NCBI RefSeq assembly: GCF_009914755.1
Contig: NC_060927.1
Strand: one strand, 5' to 3'
DNA length: 64,000 nt
DNA from: the human T2T-CHM13v2.0 reference genome, Homo sapiens
In this document: positions 58,887-64,000 of the stretch, in pieces
Position numbering within the stretch: position 1 is the stretch's first letter
Layout: every line of letters starts with the position of its first letter
Notes under the pieces: generated by a model
What the model saw: only the letters and a program-made list of their open reading frames with translations
Told to the model about the DNA's origin: nothing
Databases searched by the model: none
Program-made: the position numbers and the translations under genes

Positions 58887-60042
58887 TCATCCATTCATCC
58901 ATCCACTAATTCATTTATTCAACTAAAACTTAACACATGCCTATTCTGTGCTAGGCACAGTTCTAAGTGTGGGGTTATAACCAAAAACAGAGCCCTTGCC
59001 CTCACAAAGGAACAGGATACAAGTAAAGTCAGAAATACCACTGGCACCAGATGGGATGAGGCTTTCTGTGCCAGGGTGTGTAGGGACTTCAATTTTACTC
59101 TAAATGTAACAAAAATCCATAAAGAAAGCCCAAATAGAGCAATGGCATGATCTTGTTTACATTTTTAAAGGATCATTCTAACTGTTGGGTGGTGAGTAGA
59201 ACATAGGAAGGCAAAAGAAGTGTCCATTATTCTAAATCCCTATGCTTCCAGGACAGAAAGTGGAGAGGTGGAGGGGCAGACAGTGAGATGTGGATTCTAG
59301 ATTATTATTTGCAAAAGTATTTTTAAATATAATTATGTTTATTAGCCTCTTATTTTGTTGGAAATATATTTCTAGTCTTTTTACTTCTATATTTGCATAT
59401 AATTTTTGACATACAGAAATCTAACTTTTCTACAATATGTATCAAATCTATTATTTTCATGTTCGTAATCCTCTTTTGCCTAGAAATTTTCTTTGTTGTC
59501 GTTTTATGAAACATGCTATTAAAACTCTAATACTTTCTGTCACAGTGTTTTCTGAGACCTGAAAAAGCTGTGATTTTTTTAAAGGTGGCAAGTACTCCCA
59601 CATCCAAAGAGGGGTGCCTCAGCAGCACCAGAGAAGGAGTAACAGACACCTCCGTGTGGCACATAGAAAAAGGCCTAAAAATATTGACTACAAAAAAGCC
59701 AAGGGACAGTGGGTTTCTCTGAAGAGAGTTGTTGTGGTGGGCCCCACACTACACTGAAGGGAGGATTCGGGGGCTCTTCCCCCTCACCTGCAGCCCAGCT
59801 GAGGGCTTCCAGAAGGCCACTGTGGGAGCATGGTGTATGTTTTCATGGGCTAATGTGCACCATGTCTGACTCAAGCCACCCCTCAGTAGTCTTTGGGGAC
59901 AGAGTGGCGGAAGTGACCCATGGCAGGAGAGGGCTGCAATCAGGAAATGACAGTGAGTCAGAGTGCTTATTTCTCAGGGACCAGATATGGACAGGAGTAG
60001 TGGTGAGGAGGTCAGACTTGTGTTGTTTAAAAGGGACCTTCT

Positions 60043-60152
60043 ATGGTGACCAGCCGTCCTGGTTGCCCAGAACTCTCCCAGTTTTCATCTGAAAGGCTCA
60101 CATCCTGGGAAACTCTTCAGTCTCAGACAAACCAGGGTGGTTCGCCATCCTA
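60043..60152. mobile_element. MER94-like hAT MITE
   Basis: tatggtgaccagccgtcctgg...ggttcgccatccta termini. Confidence 0.6.
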
Positions 60153-60929
60153 TACCTTGTGGGAGAAGCTGAGCAAAAAGAGGCAGGGCAACCCTTAGGA
60201 GAAAGAGGCTGAGGCAAGAGGCAAGAACCAGCCTATGGAAAAGCTCTGCCCCTCAAGGGATCTGCAATGGAAGGGGCCTGGTAGGGAAATCTTAGGGTAC
60301 CCCTACCGCCAATGAACCCCTGCATAATAGCCAGCTTTAAACATCTGTGACAGCCAGGGGAGCCAAAGCCAAGACACATCAGTGCCTGTCAGTTACGTCT
60401 TTCTGCCCCTTACCACTCCTACTTTTATGACTAAATAAAATAAATAAATGTGACTGAAGGGACTTTTATTATCTAGAAATGGCTAAATGTTGGGACCTAC
60501 CTTCCAGAACAGTACCCAAGTACACAAAAGAAAGGAGCCAACATGGCAGGTTTGCAGAGATGGCCATGAGAAAGCATGGAAAGGACTGACTCCCCTGCAT
60601 CTTTCGATGCCACAGTCACAGTGTGATGCAGGGAATATGAAGGTTTCTTCCCCAGGAGCCAGTTTTCATGGGTCCATTTGCCGAGTTTTAACCCTTCTTT
60701 TCTAAGTTTGCATATTAAGTTCTGTTTAGGGTTACCTTTCATTCTCTGTTGATTCCTCTGGAAAGATTCCATTTTCGTTATTGGAGTTCTCTACTGTGTG
60801 GTTACATGTTTACTCTTCAAGATACCCTTTAGAAAAATTTCAAAAATTCTCAAGGCTAAGTCCATTAGGGTTTCTATTGAGATAATATTAAAATACATTA
60901 ATCTGAGGAGACTCAACATTTTAAAAAGT

Positions 60930-61135
60930 CTTTCCAGACTGTCTGGGTTGGAATGATGGCTTTGCCACTTGCAAGCTATGTGGCCACAGGCAAGCTATGT
61001 AACTTTAAGGCTCAGTTTACTCATTTATAAAATGAGGTGAATAGCCATACTTATTTCAGAGGGCTGTGATGAGGATTAAAATGAGTTAATAAATGTAAAA
61101 CACTTGGAGCGTGTCTAGCATGTCATAAATGCTAT
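60930..61135 (+). mobile_element. MIR
   Basis: ctttgccacttgcaagctatgtggcc...ctcagtttactcatttataaaatg...gaggattaaaatgagttaata. Confidence 0.75.
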
Positions 61136-61204
61136 GCATTTTTTCTTATTTATTGGCCAGAGACATGTTATATATTTATGTATGGTTGCTTTATACAGGA
61201 TCGG

Positions 61205-61665
61205 TTTATCTCAGGCAGAACTATGCTTCTCAGATTTTCCTCCTCTGTATGGTTCTGGTTAGGGTTGGTCACAGGAGAAATTTATGCAAGATTTGGAGGG
61301 TGGAAATGAAGCAGTGGCTGGATTCACAGCTACTCTAGTTCATGCAGAATCTCCTCCTTCAGCTTCTCCAAATCTAGGGTGGGTTCATGTGGTGCATTCC
61401 CCATGGTGAAGGGTGCCAGTTTATCCTGCATCTCATCTGTGTCATTGAGGCTGCAGGTGATGAAAGATGCAGGTTCCATTTTGTCCCTATTCTCCCCAAC
61501 TTAAGACCATCTTTCTTTTCAATTTTCCAGTTCCACTGACATGACACCAGCACCAGATGCAGAAACGACAAGCATTGACTTCTCTGCTGGGTTTCCACAA
61601 TTGGATAAATCTCTTACTCTACAGCACTCAATGGTTCTCCTTCACTGACAGAACCCTGACTGATA
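61205..61665 (+). mobile_element. ERVL LTR, LTR41-like
   Basis: ctgtatggttctggttagggttggtcac...agatttggagggtggaaatgaagcag...gaaccctgactgata. Confidence 0.5.
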
Positions 61666-62739
61666 TTATGTGTCTCTCCATTTATTCCATTTTTAAAATA
61701 CCTCTTAGTAAGATTTACAGTTTTTATCACGTATGCTCTGCACATTTCTTGATAGGATAATTAGCTATTTTATGTCTTTTATAGACATTGGAAAATGTAT
61801 TCTTTGTGTCAGATCTTCTAATAGGTAAACGTAGAAAAATTATTCACTTTGATATATTTTATCTTGTATCTGACCATTGTAGCAAACTCTCTTATCAATT
61901 CTGGAAGTTTTTCAGGTGCTCTTTACACCACTTAGGAAGGGAAAAAGTACTGGAAGTGCAATGCCGCAGCCCTTCCCTTTGCTTAGGCATGTCTCAGCCT
62001 GCCCCATAACAAGCCATTTTTGCTCCCCTTCCATTCTTCCTTCCTTTCCACCCTGGCAGTTTTGGATGCCAGGAAGTGTTTCTCTCTTCTTGGTTCTTCA
62101 GCAAAATCTTCAAGCTTTTCTCAGTTGTCTTTTGAAAGACGGTGTTTGTGAAACTCATCCATACCAATCTACTGCTGAGAAATAAAAAGAAAACAACTGT
62201 TCTCCCGACTCCCAATTTCTCCCCGCTTTACCATAGCCTTCAGGATGGGTTATCCAGCTCAGCCCACATGATAGTAAAGCTCTTGATGTTTCACCTCAAC
62301 CAGTGATGATCAGATCAAATTGCAGACTGGAAATGTAAATAACCCGGAATCTGAATGAACTCGCCTCTGGTGAAATTTCAGCCCCGCAGAAAATTGGGTC
62401 TGGCTTCACTCTGAAAATCTAGCCAGAGTCAACAGAAGCTAAGAAAACTGAAAGAGAAGGCCAAGATTAAGTAAGCAAATCATAAACACTTAGAAAAGGA
62501 ATAATTTTCCCCAGTCCATGAGACTATTAAAAATTCACTTCTTAATGATCAGAACATAACATCATTGCTTACATATAAAGGATTATTTTTCATCCACAAT
62601 TCTTAGCTGAATCACTGGTATTTAACACACAACACAAATTATACTTTAAAATGCTGTAAGTAAAAAAATATATAATTTTGCTTAATGAAAATACCATGCT
62701 TGCTCTAAAATAGAAGAAAAAAAGCTTTCCGTTCACTAG

Positions 62740-63172
62740 GATCTTGGGCCAAATCTGATATTGTATGGGCTATAGGCTAAGAATGTTTTCATATTTCTAA
62801 ATCTTTGAAAAAAATCAAATGAAAAATAATACTTTGTGACTTATGAAAATTAGGTGAAATTCAAATTTTAATGTCCATAAATAAAATTTTGTTAGAACAC
62901 AGCCACCTTTTTTATTTATATTGTCTGTGTCTGGTTTCACATCACCGGTTGAGTAATTGCAACAGAGAGCGTCCTAAAATACTTAATCATCAGCTGGGCA
63001 TGGTGCTGCACACCTGTAGTCCCAGCTACTCAAGAGGCTAAGGCAGGAGGATCACTTGAGCCCAGGAGTTGAAGTCCAGCATGGGCAACATAGCAACTCC
63101 TTGTCTCTAAGATAAAAAAAATAAATAAAATACTACTTGGACCATTGCAAAAAACAGTTTGCTAACCTCTGG
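62740..63172. mobile_element. MER58B-like DNA transposon with an inserted Alu monomer (62992-63130)
   Basis: gggccaaatctg...taagaatgttttcatattt...gtccataaataaaattttgttagaacacagccac...aaaaaacagtttgctaacctctg. Confidence 0.7.
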
Positions 63173-64000
63173 GTAAATCAGAGTGTTTCAACCCTGATAC
63201 TATCAATATTTTGGACCACTCTCTACTCCTCCCCTTATAAAATATGTCTCCAGACACTGCCAAATATCTCCTGGGGAGCACAAGTCCTCATAATTGAGGC
63301 TATGAGGACAATTCAGGTTGCTACAGGGTGAGAAAAGAAGAGGGGAACTGAAGAGGGGACGGGGGAAGGGGAGGAAAAGGAGGATATGGGTCCTGGGCCT
63401 TATTTCTTTAGGTTCCAGATAGCTCTACGCTGAAAGAGGATTCACCCCGTGAAGAAGCTTTTTTCCTCAGTGTTTTCTCTGGTTTAATCTTTTGAAACTC
63501 TCCTGACCTCAGCATTCCTGACTTTATGCTTGATTTGATCCTGAAGACCAGCTTCCCAGCTGTCTCTAGGATTCCCAGCTCGAGTTTAGTCTGGGATGCA
63601 GATACGTCCTGTATTTCTGGAAGTTGTAGGTGGGCTCAGTAGCAGCGAGTTGGCCTGAGCTTCCTGAGGGAGAACTTATTCTGAGAGAAATAGGTGCCAA
63701 ACCCATGAGCTCAGCCCAGGAACATCTGAAAGGAGAGAAGGCTATGAGTACAGTGAGCTGTCTGCCATGTACATTTGTCTCTAGACCCAGTCCCATTGAG
63801 GCTGGGACTCATGCCACTAAAATAAACCTGGAAGAGCTATTGATCTAAAACACCATAAGACAGCAAGCATTTTTTCTATTAAAAAAAAAATGTTAAACAT
63901 TGAAAAGTGTTTAATTTTCTGTTTCGATTTCCAGAAAGTTAAAGATACAACTCTCATACAAATATAGTGAGCATGTGTCAAATATTTATCTGATTTAGTG

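Overview
Primate (almost certainly human) genomic DNA, AT-rich and repeat-dense. It covers the 5' end of SLC9A9 (NHE9, endosomal Na+(K+)/H+ exchanger) on the minus strand plus about 37 kb of upstream sequence. Coding exon 1 is 26945-26771 (175 nt) and exon 2 is 10821-10619 (203 nt). They splice in frame across a 15.9-kb GT-AG intron, and intron 2 runs off the left edge. The promoter has no CpG island and carries an IRF-ETS-like element. Upstream are a TSD-flanked processed RPS17 pseudogene, a 3.1-kb L1PB-like fragment, an ERVK LTR13-type solo LTR, an ERV1-type solo LTR and many Alu, MIR, L2, MLT and MER relics. Nearly all other ORFs in the track are repeat-derived or chance ORFs. I found no prokaryotic-type system (CRISPR, operon etc.) and no unambiguous new gene. 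The most unusual unexplained structure is a ~140-165 bp direct repeat that I do not recognise as a transposon; it brackets the SLC9A9 promoter and exon 1, and each copy keeps an ETS/GABP core. Other oddities are a near-perfect 148-bp tandem duplication, an inverted Alu pair only 44 bp apart, L1 3'-transduction candidates, 5'-inverted L1 and Alu insertions, and template-switch scars. Repeat subfamily names are recognised from memory of consensus sequences and need RepeatMasker/Dfam confirmation.
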